A stretch of 64,000 nt of DNA from an uncultured Chloroflexia bacterium (GCA_963724295.1 CAVRUC010000013.1:160001-224000), one strand, 5' to 3'. Counted from the stretch's first letter, positions 1 through 11,519 are shown. Numbers and translations: made by a program. The notes: generated by a model from the letters alone, not told the origin.

Positions 1-2
1 CG

Positions 3-1622
3 GTGCAGAGCGCCACGTTGCGGCTGTGGGTGCCGCCGGATGGCGGCACGCAGGACGGTCCCTTCGTCAAGACCGCCGGCACTACCTGGAGCGAGACGGG
101 CATCGTCTGGAACAATCGCCCGAGAGCCGGCAGGAAGGTGCTCGATGACAGGGGAGCGCTCACCGGCGGCGCCTGGGTCGAGTACGACGTCACCAGTGCT
201 GTCAAAGGCAACGGTGCCGTCGGGTTTACGCTGCGGCCGGAGACCAGCGACGGCGCTAACTTCGACTCCCGGGAGGCCGCCAACAAACCGCAATTAGTCC
301 TTACCCTCGGCGGCGATACCCCCACCCCCACCCCGGGACCGAATCCGACGCCGACCCCAGTGCCGCCGACCCCCACCCCGACGCCGACCGCGACCCCACC
401 TCCCACCTCGCCCACCCCGACCCCGACGCCGCCGGTGAGCCCAGGTGCGACCTATTACGTCGACGCCAACAACGGGGACGACGCCAACCCCGGCACCTCG
501 CCAGCGACAGCGTGGCGAACGCTCGCCAAGGCAAGCCAGGCTCCGCTGGCACCGGGGGACCGACTGCTCTTCAGACGGGGCGGGAGCTGGACTGGCAGCC
601 TGAAGCTGTCCAGGAGCGGGACGAGCAATTTGCCGATCGTGATCGGCGCCTACGGCAGCGGAGACCTGCCACGGATTCGCGACGGAAGCTCATGCGTGGT
701 GATGTCTGGGTCGTACCTCGTGCTGCGGGAGATCCACGCCGACGGCTGCTCCTGGGCGGGAATCGAAATCTCCGGCAGCGCCAACCAGGTGGAGCAGAGC
801 CTGATCACCCGCAATGTCGCCGGTATCCATGTCCGGGCGGACGCGATCGACAGCCGGATCCTCCGTAACGACCTGCGCGACAACAATCGGATGTCCGTCT
901 TGACCCAGAGCCCAACCGACGACGACTCGGGCGCGTTCGGTGTACTGATCCAGGGCAATGGGACGGAAGTGGCCCACAACACTATCTCCGGGTCAAACGC
1001 CTTCTCCTACGACTACGGGCACGATGGCGCCGCCGTCGAGGTGTACGGCGGGCAGCGTAACCACATCCACCACAATCTCGCGATCGACAACGACGTCTTC
1101 TCCGAGCTCGGGAACGCGCGGTCGTCCGACAACACCTTTGCCTACAATGTCGTGCGATCGTCGTTGCCGGCGTCCGTCTTCCTCGTCACGCGGGGGGCAA
1201 ACAGCGGATACGGGCCTGTCCTGCGGACCACGCTCTACAACAACTCCGTCGTGCTCACCGGCGTATCAAGTCAAGGGTTCGTGTGCCACGCCGGCTGTGG
1301 TCCCGACATCCTGACAATGCGCAACAACATCATCCAGGCGGTCAGCAAGGTCGGCTACGCCGATGCCCCGTTCGACGAGGATCACAACCTCTACTTCGGC
1401 GGCGCTCGGCAGTTCGCCGTGGGCGACCGCAGCCTGGTCGGGGACCCACTGTTCGTCGACGAGGCCGGCGGCGACCTGCGACTCCGGTCCTCGAGTCCGG
1501 CCATCGATCGCGGCGTCGACGTCGGCTATGCGCAAGATTTCGACGGCAATCCGGTTCCGGCCCCTGGCGGGGGCGACCGCTCACCCGCCCCCGACATGGG
1601 CGCCTACGAGCGCCAGGGCTGA
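3..1622 (+). CDS. Secreted glycan-active protein, 5'-partial: DNRLRE/CBM96-like module, Pro/Thr linker, right-handed beta-helix (pectate lyase-like) domain
   Basis: ORF open at the window edge; W..DVT.AV and FDSREAANKPQLVL module, PT-rich linker, YYVDANNGDDANPGTSPATAWRTL beta-helix start, C-terminal DLRLRSSSPAIDRG...PDMGAYE. Confidence 0.75.
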   Translation: MQSATLRLWVPPDGGTQDGPFVKTAGTTWSETGIVWNNRPRAGRKVLDDRGALTGGAWVEYDVTSAVKGNGAVGFTLRPETSDGANFDSREAANKPQLVLTLGGDTPTPTPGPNPTPTPVPPTPTPTPTATPPPTSPTPTPTPPVSPGATYYVDANNGDDANPGTSPATAWRTLAKASQAPLAPGDRLLFRRGGSWTGSLKLSRSGTSNLPIVIGAYGSGDLPRIRDGSSCVVMSGSYLVLREIHADGCSWAGIEISGSANQVEQSLITRNVAGIHVRADAIDSRILRNDLRDNNRMSVLTQSPTDDDSGAFGVLIQGNGTEVAHNTISGSNAFSYDYGHDGAAVEVYGGQRNHIHHNLAIDNDVFSELGNARSSDNTFAYNVVRSSLPASVFLVTRGANSGYGPVLRTTLYNNSVVLTGVSSQGFVCHAGCGPDILTMRNNIIQAVSKVGYADAPFDEDHNLYFGGARQFAVGDRSLVGDPLFVDEAGGDLRLRSSSPAIDRGVDVGYAQDFDGNPVPAPGGGDRSPAPDMGAYERQG

Positions 1623-1775
1623 CGATCCGCGGATGTCGATCTGGCTCATTAATGGGATGTTCGTCTCGCCACCCGACTCTAGACTTGCGCCACCACGTCG
1701 TTGACGGCGGGGGAGCGCGCCTGGGATAAGCACGAGGCGACGCGGGCTCCCGCCAGTCCGTGCGGCGGCGTGTGG

Positions 1776-3115
1776 TCACGATCCGAAAGAGGAGAGCGGC
1801 TCGTGGCTGCCCGTCGCGTCGTTCCAGAGCAAGACACGCGCGCGTGGGAATGCCGTGCCCGGTTGGCGGGCAACCTCAACATAGGTGAAGCGGGTCGTGC
1901 CGTCCTCGGGCGCCGCTCCGCGTGGGCCGGATGCCGTCCAACTCCCGCAGTTGAGATAGACGGGGACTACAGCTCCGGGCAGCACCCGCATCTGCTCAGC
2001 TCGGTGCGCGTGGCCAAACACGTAGAATGGCACCTCCTGCCCGGAGACTTGGAGCACCCGATGGATTTGCAGCGTGGCGCGGTGGAGGTAGCTCGGCGAT
2101 CCCGCGGCCGGCCCCGGCCCCCGTCGCCTCCCGAGAACGGCGAACCGCTCGACCGCTCGGCGCGCGAGACGCGCCGCCATCCGCCGGATCGAAATCGCCG
2201 ACAACCGATCGATCGCGGCCACCGCGTCGGGGTCCAGGCCGATCTCCACGGCGTAGGGCCGCAGCATCTCTTCCTGGTACGCCGCGCGACGAGCGCGTCG
2301 CCCGAAGCGCGAGCGGTTGCTCAGCTCGCCGAGCACCGCGGCCGCGAAGCGGGTGTGGTGCGGCACCGTCCGCAGCAGCAGGCTTGGCCGCTTGCGAGCG
2401 GCTCGCAGCAGGGAGCGGGCGTCCAGCGGCGCCGGGCCGCTGGCGGGATCGATCGCCTCGCGCAGGCCGCGCAGGTATGTCTCCAGGTGCGACCCGAGCG
2501 GCGGCTCGATCCGGCCGGGGTATTGGGCCGAGGTGGGGTCGAGGAGCGCCGGGAATGCGTTGACGTCGTGGTACTGCTGACCGTGCTCGGCGTAGAGCAG
2601 CCCCGGGACGTAGAAGATCCAGGGATGGACGGCGATCGCCGAGGCTGCCCTGGACCCGCCCCCGGAACGGGCGATGATCTCCGCGAATCCCGCCTGGACC
2701 GCTGGCCGGAGCAGCTCGATATCGTGGTTGCCGGGAACGACGTCGAGCGGGAATCCGGCGGCCACGAACCGCCCCAGCGCCTCGAAGAATCGGGGATGAC
2801 CGGCCGCGATCCGGTCCAACTTGGCAAGAGTCGTCCGGTCCGCCACCGCCGGCTGGCCGCCGGACCCGTCGGCCGATTCGGCCGGACGCGCAGGAAATCG
2901 AGCAGATCGCCCAGGATCAAGAGCCGGAATCGTCGCTGCTCGGCGGCGGCGCGGCGGATCAGGTCGTCCAAGAAGTGGGCGAACGCTTCGTCGTGGAAGA
3001 AGCTTTCCTCGCGGTCGACGACACCGGTGCGCGGATCGCGCCCGGTCGCCAGGTGGAAGTCGCTGACCACGATGATCGTCTCGTCGACGTCGCTCACCTG
3101 CCGTTCCTCCCCCAC
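1776..3115 (-). CDS. Calcineurin-like metallophosphoesterase, split by one frameshift near 2885
   Basis: VSDFH and LGDLLDFL lie in the 2321..3115 frame; PGNHD, AEHGQQYH, VFGHAH and YLNCGSW lie in the 1776..3194 frame. Confidence 0.8.
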
Positions 3116-3226
3116 TCCGCGTCCCAGCTCGCGTCGACGGCGGATCGCCGGCGGGGCGATCGATCGTCGGACCGCGCTGCTGCGGTCCTGGCATTAAATC
3201 GCATCCACCGCCCGGGACGGTAGGCG

Positions 3227-5086
3227 ATGAGCATCAGCACGCTCTCTGCCTTCGGCCCGACCTCGCTTCGCACGAGGCGCCTGCCGCCGGGTGCCGTCCT
3301 CGGACCGGTCGTGCTCACGCTCTGCGCGGCCGCGCTCTGGGCCGTCTCGCTCGGGCAGATCGAGATCGGCCAGGTGACCGACATCGGTCTGATCTCGGTG
3401 CTGCCGGTGCCGTTCTTCGCCGCGCTGGGGGTGCTAACGGCCAGCTTCTGCCTGACGTTGCGGCAGGAACGCGGGCGCGTGCCGTTGCTGCTCCTCCACC
3501 TCGGCGTCCTCATCGTGATGCTGTACGGCGCGCCGGCATTGATCGAGGAGATGCCGCGCTTCCACTCCGTCTGGAAGCACCTCGGCGTGGTCGACTACAT
3601 CCAGCGGACGGGACAGGTCAACCCGCGGATCGACGCGTACTTCAACTGGCCGGGGTTCTTCATCCTCTTTGCGTTCGTCTCCGACGCCGCCGGGATCCAG
3701 AACTGGCGCGACCTCGTGGCGTGGACGCCCCTCGTCCTCAACCTCCTCCAGCTAGGACCGTTGCTGCTGATCTTCGGCTCGGCCACGGACGACAAGCGCT
3801 TGGTCTGGTTGGCGGTTTGGTTCTTTTACCTGGCGAACTGGGTCGGCCAGGACTATTTCTCGCCGCAGGGTCTTAACTACCTTCTCCACCTGGCGATCCT
3901 CGGCATCCTCGTCGCGTGGTTCAGGGTGACGGCGGGGGAGCGACACCCCTTGCTCGTTCGGGTCGGCGTGCCAGACCTGTTTGCCCGCCTGCCGGAGCGC
4001 ATCCGACGGTTCGCACCGACCGACTTGCCGCCGCCGGCGATCAGCCCGTGGCAGCGCCGCGGGCTCCTCGTCGTCGTCCTCGCCCTCTATTTCGTCACCG
4101 TCGCCAGCCACCAACTCACACCCTTCGCGACGCTCGGCAGCGTAATCGCTCTGGTCGTCTTCAACCGGAGCACTGCACGCCTTCTTCCGTTCATCATGAC
4201 CGTTATGGTCGTGCTCTGGATCCGGTTCATGGCCGAGGCCTACATGGCCGGCCACGGCAGCACCCTGGCCTCCCAGATAGGCGATCTGGACTCAGCCGTC
4301 AACGAGAACACCACCACGCGGTTGGGCGGCAGCGAGGGCCATATGATCGTCATCTACGCCCGATCGTTGATGACGCTCGGGCTGTGGGGGCTGGCCGCGA
4401 TCGGCGGCATCCGCCGGCTGCGTCACGGCCATCGAGATCTGACCTACGTTCTCCTGGCGGCCGCGCCGTTCCCGCTCGTCGTCTTGCAACCCTACGGCGG
4501 TGAGATGCTGCTGCGCGTTTATCTCTTCACCTTGCCCTTCATGGCGTTCTTCGCGGCGGCGCTCTTCTTTCCGGATCGGGCGGCCGGAACATCTCGATGG
4601 ACGACGGTGCTCGTCGGCGTGCTCAGCGTTGCCTTGCTTGGCGCTTTCTTCGTCACCCGCCACGGCAACGAACGGATGGACTACGCGACCCCGCAGGAGG
4701 TGGCCGCGGCCGAGCACCTCTACAACATCGCGCCACCGGGTTCGCTGCTCCTCGTCGGGACGACGAACGCCCCGATTCGGTTTCGAGACTACGAGAAGTA
4801 CCGCACCCGGTCCCTTACCAGCCAACTGGTGTGGCGGGCAGACGCGCCGATCGGGCGCAACCTCGAGGCGGTGGCGGTGGTGATGAACAACCCCCGGGTC
4901 CCGGCGACGTATTTGTTCATCACCCGCAGTCAAATCGCGAACGACGAGTTGTTCGGGCTGTACCCAATCCCGCTGGAGGAGTTGGCGCGGGAGATGGCGG
5001 CGTCGGACCTGTTCACCGTCGTCTACGCGAGCGAGGACGCCGCCATCTACACGCTGAAGGAGCCGCCGTCCGGGGCCGCGCCATGA
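3227..5086 (+). CDS. Polytopic membrane protein, GT-C-like, typical of surface-polysaccharide loci
   Basis: Many hydrophobic helices; motifs WKHLG..DYI, YFNWPGFF, WVGQDYFSPQ, SHQLTP, YGGEMLLRVYLF. Confidence 0.7.
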   Translation: MSISTLSAFGPTSLRTRRLPPGAVLGPVVLTLCAAALWAVSLGQIEIGQVTDIGLISVLPVPFFAALGVLTASFCLTLRQERGRVPLLLLHLGVLIVMLYGAPALIEEMPRFHSVWKHLGVVDYIQRTGQVNPRIDAYFNWPGFFILFAFVSDAAGIQNWRDLVAWTPLVLNLLQLGPLLLIFGSATDDKRLVWLAVWFFYLANWVGQDYFSPQGLNYLLHLAILGILVAWFRVTAGERHPLLVRVGVPDLFARLPERIRRFAPTDLPPPAISPWQRRGLLVVVLALYFVTVASHQLTPFATLGSVIALVVFNRSTARLLPFIMTVMVVLWIRFMAEAYMAGHGSTLASQIGDLDSAVNENTTTRLGGSEGHMIVIYARSLMTLGLWGLAAIGGIRRLRHGHRDLTYVLLAAAPFPLVVLQPYGGEMLLRVYLFTLPFMAFFAAALFFPDRAAGTSRWTTVLVGVLSVALLGAFFVTRHGNERMDYATPQEVAAAEHLYNIAPPGSLLLVGTTNAPIRFRDYEKYRTRSLTSQLVWRADAPIGRNLEAVAVVMNNPRVPATYLFITRSQIANDELFGLYPIPLEELAREMAASDLFTVVYASEDAAIYTLKEPPSGAAP

Positions 5087-5475
5087 TCCGCCCCGACCGA
5101 GCTTGGCCGATCGCCATCATGCTCTCGGCAGCGTTGGTTGGCGTCCTCGCCGTGGGAGGGGCGGGATCGCCGCTCCGGCCCATCGCCACCCTCGGCTTCC
5201 TCGCCGTCTGCCCGGGGATGGCCATCATCCGTCTACTCCAGCTCGAGGACGTCCTGACGGAATTGACGCTCGCCGTGGCCCTCAGCATCGCGCTTGCCTC
5301 GCTCGTGGCCGGGACCATGTTGTACGTCGGCTGGTGGTCGCCCGGGTGGGCGCTCGGCCTACTGCTTGGCGTGAGTGTGATCGGCGCCGCTTGCCAGCTC
5401 CGTCCGGCACGGCTCGGATCGTCGACGGAAGCTGGGTCGTCGCATGCCGGACGGATGCGGGAGCCGCCGGACTGA
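5083..5475 (+). CDS. Small membrane protein, about 4 TM helices
   Basis: ATG at 5083 overlaps the upstream stop (ATGA); hydrophobic MIRPDRAWPIAIML...CPGMAIIRLL...LAVALSIAL. Confidence 0.7.
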   Translation: MIRPDRAWPIAIMLSAALVGVLAVGGAGSPLRPIATLGFLAVCPGMAIIRLLQLEDVLTELTLAVALSIALASLVAGTMLYVGWWSPGWALGLLLGVSVIGAACQLRPARLGSSTEAGSSHAGRMREPPD

Positions 5476-5596
5476 CTTCTGGCAGGTTAGGCCCGATAAG
5501 GCGGTCTACTCCGGCACCCGGTACGACCGACGTCGCCGACGGCGGCGGGCACTGTGCATGCGGTTCGCCGCGGCGTGGCCGTCGACGACCGTGGGT

Positions 5597-6844
5597 CTAA
5601 TCCCGGCCGCCGACGGCGACGAGGGAGCCGTCGAGGCTGCCGACGTAGACCGCCCCGTCTGCCACGGCCGGGGAGGAGTAGATGTCGCCCCCGACCTCGA
5701 CGCGCCAGCGCTCCTCGCCGGTCCGGGCGTCCACGGCATAGAGGAAACCGTCGAGGCTGCCGACGTAGATGACGCCGTCGGCCACGGCGGGAGAGGAATA
5801 CACCTCAGCGCCCGTTGCAAAGCGCCAGGCCTCCTCACCGTCGTCGGCCGCGACGGCGTACAACCCGCCGTCGTCGCTCCCGACGTAGACGAGACCCTGA
5901 GCGACGGCTGGGGACGACGCAATGCGGGCGTCGGTGGCGAACTGCCACCGGACCTCGCCGCCCGTGGCGTCGACCGCGTGGAGCCGACCGTCGGCGGAGC
6001 CAACGAAGACGCGTCCGTCTGCCACCGCCGGCGACGAGTACATCGGCGCACCGATCTCGGTGCGCCAGCTCACCTCCCCGGTTTCGGCCTTGACGGCGAT
6101 TAGCACGCCGTCAAGGCCGGAGAGGTAGACCAGGCCATCGGCCACCGCCGGCGAGGAGTAGATCTCGGCACCGGCGGCAACCCTCCAGTGCTCCTCGCCC
6201 GTCGTCGCGTCCAGCGCGTACAGCTTCCCGTCCCAGCCGCCGACATAGACGACACCATCGACGACCGCCGGCGACGAGATCAGCGCGGCGTCCGTCGGGA
6301 ACCGCCAGATCCGCTCCCCGTCCTCCGCGTCCAACGCGTGAACTATGCCGTCGCCACCGGCAACGTAGACAACCCCGTCGGCCACTGCCGGCGAAGCGGA
6401 GACGTCGTCGGTCGTCTCGAAGCGCCAGCGCTCGTCGCCGGTCGCGGCGTTGACCGCGTAGAGCGCGCCATCGTTGCTGCCGACGTAGACGACGCCGTTG
6501 GCCACGGCAGGCGAGGAAGAGATGGCGTCCCCGGTCTGGAACCGCCAGCGTGGATCAGCGTTCGTCGGGCCAGGGCCGGGCTGGCGGCCGGTGCGGTCCG
6601 GCGTGCCGCGAAACATGATCGCCTCGGCGGACGGCGCCAGGGAGCCGACGGCGACCATGATGTCGTCGAAGCTGACGTCGGGTTCACTTGTTGCGGTCGC
6701 GTCGCTTTGCCACGCCGCCGCGGGGCCGGATCGAGTGGCCGGCACCAGCAGCGCAACGGTGGCAACGATCAGCCACAACCGGACGAGTCGGTCCACGGCA
6801 ATCCACCTCCTCGAGGCGCGGGTGCGGGGCGCGACCCACCGCAC
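5597..6844 (-). CDS. PQQ-binding-like beta-propeller repeat protein, secreted
   Basis: Signal-like N-terminus, MFRGTPDRTG, then repeated WRFxTG..SSPAVADGVVYVGSxDGxLYAVDA blades. Confidence 0.9.
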   Translation of the reverse strand: MRWVAPRTRASRRWIAVDRLVRLWLIVATVALLVPATRSGPAAAWQSDATATSEPDVSFDDIMVAVGSLAPSAEAIMFRGTPDRTGRQPGPGPTNADPRWRFQTGDAISSSPAVANGVVYVGSNDGALYAVNAATGDERWRFETTDDVSASPAVADGVVYVAGGDGIVHALDAEDGERIWRFPTDAALISSPAVVDGVVYVGGWDGKLYALDATTGEEHWRVAAGAEIYSSPAVADGLVYLSGLDGVLIAVKAETGEVSWRTEIGAPMYSSPAVADGRVFVGSADGRLHAVDATGGEVRWQFATDARIASSPAVAQGLVYVGSDDGGLYAVAADDGEEAWRFATGAEVYSSPAVADGVIYVGSLDGFLYAVDARTGEERWRVEVGGDIYSSPAVADGAVYVGSLDGSLVAVGGRD

Positions 6845-7000
6845 CCCACGCCGCTCTTAGCCCACGCTGCCCCCTCGGCGCCGCCGGGACGATGGCGGGC
6901 TTGCGGCGGGGCCGTATACTCTCTCGAGCGCCGGCACGGCCGACCAATTCGCCCCGGCGTTCCCGGTCCGATGGCGACCGTCTGACGAAGGAGGACGAGG

Positions 7001-7672
7001 ATGCGACGGCAACATCGGCCGAGCGGCCGCCGATACTCAATCGCGATCGCGGTGGTGATGGCCCTGAGCTGCGCCGCGCTGCTGCGCCCGGTCGCGGCCC
7101 AGGACAACCGCAGCCTGACGATTCCGCTCAACGAGCACGAGAACTCGGGCGTCTCCGGTACGGCGATCCTGACCGCCGAGGGTGAGAACACCCGCGTCTC
7201 GATGGAGCTGAGCGGCGACCCGCTGACGGGAGACCATCCCACGCACATCCACACCGGCACCTGCCGCAACTTCGATCCCAATCCCCTCTACCCCCTCACG
7301 ACCGTGGTCCTGGACGAGGTCAACGACGAGGGAGTGAGCGAGACGACGGTCGAGAACGTGCGGCTGCGCGACCTCCTTGCCTCCGACTACGTCATCCTGG
7401 TCCACCCGTCGGCCGAGGAGCTTTTCCCAGAACTCGTCTGCGGCGACATCAAACCAGACGGGGGCACCGGGGGCAGCCGCGACGACGCCGCTGCCATTGT
7501 TGAGGCCACTCCTGGTGCTGACCAGGCGTCTACCAGCGTGACCGGGACTCCCCGGGCCGGTGTTGGCTCCGCGCACATTGGCCTGTCGTGGACGAAGCTG
7601 TTTGGGCTGTTGGCCGTGCTTTTCGCTACGGCCAGTGCGACACTGGTGGTCAAGCGCGGAGTGCATGGCTAG
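7001..7672 (+). CDS. Secreted His-motif protein (CHRD/CuZn-SOD-like fold) with possible sortase-type C-terminus
   Basis: RBS GAGG, signal peptide, SGVSGTA, HPTHIHTGTC, VH...VCGDI; C-terminal TPRAGVG plus hydrophobic helix plus KR. Confidence 0.65.
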   Translation: MRRQHRPSGRRYSIAIAVVMALSCAALLRPVAAQDNRSLTIPLNEHENSGVSGTAILTAEGENTRVSMELSGDPLTGDHPTHIHTGTCRNFDPNPLYPLTTVVLDEVNDEGVSETTVENVRLRDLLASDYVILVHPSAEELFPELVCGDIKPDGGTGGSRDDAAAIVEATPGADQASTSVTGTPRAGVGSAHIGLSWTKLFGLLAVLFATASATLVVKRGVHG

Positions 7673-8280
7673 CGCATTCCTACGGCCGAAGATCATGCCG
7701 GCGATCATGGTTGCGAGCGCTGTACATTCGACCACCGGAGTTTCCGCATCATCGCGCCAAACTAGAATTATTCGCGGCGCAGTGTGTGACTCCAACCCCG
7801 TAGGGACGTCCGTGTCCTTGCCAGCTTACGGTCCTTGTTCGCGACGGCACTGAGTCGTCCAACCGGCAGGGGCGACACCGGGCGCGCGTGGAGGGTCGAA
7901 GAGCCGCGCGCCCGGCGTCCCGCGACTTGGGTGGCCCGAGGCGTGGCTGTCGCCCCGGTCCGTCTCGCATCGTTGCGCCCCGTCGCGTGTGCCCCCAAGG
8001 TACGGCCGTTCGGCACGGTCGTCATCCCCAAAATGAGCCATGTCTCGAGCCGTTTTCGCGGCGCGGTGCGGTCGTCGGCCTCGGCCGCTGCCGCGGGTAA
8101 GGGAGCACGCTCGCTGAGACCGCGCTCCGCCCCGTCACCGCTCCCACGTCGGGGCAACCCGGAAAGACAAGAACGCGATGCGCAATCGACAGCCGCCCGG
8201 ATGCCGGCGCAACGCGAGCCCCCATCGCTCGCGTCCCGGAGAGCGCCCACCGGGCAACCGCCCTGCCGGAGCGTCCCGCG

Positions 8281-10348
8281 TTACGATCGCCACTGCCAGC
8301 TCTCTTCCATCCGACGGAAGGTCGATTCGAAGGACTCCGCCTCATCGGCCCGAACGACGAAGGTGAGGACGATGGCGTCGTCGTCGACCGTCGTCACCAC
8401 CTGGCGGATCAGCCGCCCACCCGAGGCTCCTGTCGCCGGGTCGTCCGCAGTGTAGGTCAGCCGGACGGCGTCGACGCCGTCAAGCACGATTGCCTCCTCG
8501 GCGACATCGTCGATGCCGGCGACCGAGGCGGCGTTGGCTTCCCGGACCGCTCGCACCACCTCCTCGAGCGCGCCATCCTCCGCCGCCGGGAGCCGGGTCC
8601 GGGTGACGGAGACGATCGCCCGGCCGTCCGGGCTGGCGACGACGAAGGCAATGTTCTCCAGGGTCGACTCCGCGGCCCGTTCGTCGTCGATGCCAACCCG
8701 CTCCCGGATCTGGTCCTCCGTCAGCCGACTCCAGTCGGCCGGGTAGCCGACGGCAAAGTCACCGGAAGGATCGACGTACTCGGCCAGTTCGCCGCCGTCG
8801 GCCGTCGCGGTTGATGTGCGCGTCGCGACCGTGGTCGCAGTCGCCGTCGGTTGGGGCAGCGGAGTCGCCGTCGCCCGTGGCCGCGGGGTGGGGGTCGAGG
8901 TCGCCGGCGGCGCTTCGGTCGAGATCGGGGGTGGGGTCGGTGCCGGCATTGCCGTCGGCGCCGGCGCCGCTATGGCCGTCGGCGGCGGAGTCACCGTCGG
9001 CTTCGGCGTGGCGGTCAGATGAGGAGTCCGCGTCGGGGCCGGAGTTGGGGTGACGGTGGGCGCGGGCGTCGCGGTCGGCGGCGGGGTGGCCGTCGGCGTC
9101 GGCGTTGCGGTCGCGGTCGGCACTGGCGTCGGGGTCGCCGTCGGTGCCGGGCTGGGCGTAGCGGTCGGCGCAGGGGTTGGGGTGGCGGTCGGGCGCGGGG
9201 TAGCTGTTGGCTTCGGAGTCGCGGTCGCGGTCGGCTCCGGAGTAGAGGTCGGCGTCGGTGCCGGGCTGGGCGTAGCGGTCGGCGCAGGGGTTGGGGTGGC
9301 GGTCGGGCGCGGGGTAGCTGTTGGCTTCGGAGTCGCGGTCGCGGTCGGCTCCGGAGTAGAGGTCGGCCGTCGGTGCCGGGCTGGGCGTAGCGGTCGGCGC
9401 AGGGGTTGGGGTGGCGGTCGGGCGCGGGGTAGCTGTTGGCTTCGGAGTCGCGGTCGCGGTCGGCTCCGGAGTAGAGGTCGCCGTCAGCGCGACCAGGTGA
9501 AGCGCCGGGAGCGCAGCCGACGTCGGGGCCGGCCAGGGCGTGACGGTCAGGACCGCGGTCGGCGTGGGCTGCCGGGCCGGCGTCGGCGATGAGGTGGGCA
9601 TGGCGGTCGGCGCGGGTAGCGCCGTCGGGGACGGCACACTGGTCGCGGCCGGGATCGGGGTGGCCACCGTCGCGGTCGCTGTCGGGACCTGAGTTCCATC
9701 GAGCGCCCCGGCGGGCACCGCCTCATCGGTGTGGAATCTGATCCGAAGCGAGTCGTCGGCCGAGCGAAGCGTCAAGCGCTCCGCGTTCACCGGCACATCA
9801 AACACGACCGCCTCCTCGTAGGTCAGCCCCGGCTGATACGACGCCGGTCGGCGGAGACCGGCGTCACCGGCCACGTACGCCGCCGTCGCCTCCTCCTGTG
9901 GCGTGAACGTCCGGGCCTCGTCGTCGCGCAGCCTGAGGCTCCACCACGGGAACCGGGCGGCCGGATCGAGAGTGTCGTTAATGGCAGTCAGCCGGATCGC
10001 GAGAAACACGCCCCGGGCCTCGATGATCGGGGGAATGTCGCCCTCGGCCAGGGGATTGGGAAAGGACGCCGCGCGCTCGACGCGCTCGATCCCGACCGTC
10101 CACGCTTCGGCAAACGGGACGCCCGGGGTTGCTGGTGCGGGGGTCGGCACGGTAGTCACGAGCACCGCCACCTGGGTTTCGAGCTCTGTGACCCCTTGCT
10201 CGTAGGCACCGATCGTCGCCCAGTCGTTGGAGGTCATCCCACCAGTGGCCCCCGACCCGCACGCGGTGAGCAGGGCGACGAGCCCGATGCCAAACCAGCC
10301 GACGAGCCATCGCCGCAGCATCCGCCGCCTTCCAAATCTCGACCGCAT
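8281..10348 (-). CDS. Lipoprotein with DUF4352-like domain, long Pro/Thr/Ala linker and C-terminal PsbP-like domain; frameshift near 9367
   Basis: Lipobox LLTAC; GVFLAI.LTAIN...LRDDEARTF...VVFDVP; PT-rich repeats; C-terminal YVDPSGDFAVGYPADW...FRRMEESW. Confidence 0.7.
9140..9481. repeat. Three near-identical tandem copies of a 114-bp unit encoding the Pro/Thr linker
   Basis: Unit tcggtgccgggctgggcgtagcg...ggagtagaggtc starts at 9141, 9255 and 9370 (spacings 114 and 115). Confidence 0.9.
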
Positions 10349-10940
10349 CGCGGCTTCGGTGCCAGCCCGGCTGCCGCACCCATCGGGTATGGAATAGGTG
10401 ACTTGGCCGGCGTCTCCACCTCTGCCTTGCCCAGCGGCGAGCAGAACCGGGTAGCCGTCAGCAGTCGAACACCCCCACTTCCCGCTTGACATGGCGGCGG
10501 GCGCCGCGCGCCGCCCCTTGGGCTGTCGCGGACACCCAACGAAGTTGCGCCAGGACGAGATACGAGCGGCCCGACCAGGTGGCTCAGTGTAGGGCGCGGC
10601 GGGAGGTCGATCATGCCTCAAATGAGCTATTTTACGCGCACCACAGGAGGCCTGCGGTCACCGCCCGCTGTTGCATCCCTGCGGCCGGTCGACCCGTCCG
10701 ACTCACTTGATCGCAGCGTCATCTAGCTCAATTGCGGGATGGCTCACCGGGTTGTCAGTGCTAGTGTGGACGGCATCAGGCGCGACGGTCGTGTGCAAAC
10801 GTTACTACGCGCTCGTCGAGAACGCAGGGATAAGCGATGCCGCGCGACATCCTCTGTACTGTCCGGACCGCTCAGGATGCCCGCGACGCCCTGACGCGTG
10901 CCCGGAGCGCAAAGCAGTTGGGGCGAGAGGGCGGAGTCTT

Positions 10941-11519
10941 ATGAACTGGCTCACTTCGGTGCCCGTGCTCGTCGCTTACGCCCTTGGCCTACTCGTGATT
11001 GCTGTCATCCTGGCGTGGGTGGCCTATGTGATGGCCGAGATCGCCCGCGCCGCGCGGCCGGAAGCTTGGGCCACGGCCCGCGAGGGCCTGGCCTTTGGCC
11101 AAGGCCTCGCCCGGCGCCTCCCCCGTGACCGCGATTGGCCACGACGCCTGCTCGCCCGTTTCACGCGTGATTCGGTGTCGCGCACCGGGTCGGTAGCTGG
11201 GCAGCTGGATCCTCCTCCGCCTGGCGCGCCCGTCCTCTACGTCGGACCGGGCTACTGGACGTACATCACTGCCTGGGTGATCGACGCCCACCCGGACGGT
11301 GCGCTCGACCTGGAGTGGGTACATCCATTCCTCGGCGTGCCGGTGCGGGCGTTGGGAGTCCGGCCCGAACGCGACAGGGCCGCGGGCGTCGCGTACTGGC
11401 GGTCGCACCCGGCATCGACTTCCCACCCTCATGACTTCCGACCCCCGTCGGCGATCGAACGGCCGACGGCACGGGCCGGTCGGTGGAATGCGGCGACCGG
11501 CACCGTTCACTCACCGTAG
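10941..11519 (+). CDS. Hypothetical protein with N-terminal TM helix
   Basis: GGAG RBS before ATG 10941; hydrophobic N-terminus; C-terminal PVLYVGPG...AWVIDAHPDGALDLE domain. Confidence 0.55.
   Translation: MNWLTSVPVLVAYALGLLVIAVILAWVAYVMAEIARAARPEAWATAREGLAFGQGLARRLPRDRDWPRRLLARFTRDSVSRTGSVAGQLDPPPPGAPVLYVGPGYWTYITAWVIDAHPDGALDLEWVHPFLGVPVRALGVRPERDRAAGVAYWRSHPASTSHPHDFRPPSAIERPTARAGRWNAATGTVHSP

Noticed and set aside
1701..3197. 498-aa plus-strand ORF
   Set aside because: Antisense to the metallophosphoesterase, with no motifs.
9140..9481. CRISPR-like array
   Set aside because: Contiguous coding tandem repeats without unique spacers; no cas genes. No CRISPR array was seen anywhere in the window.
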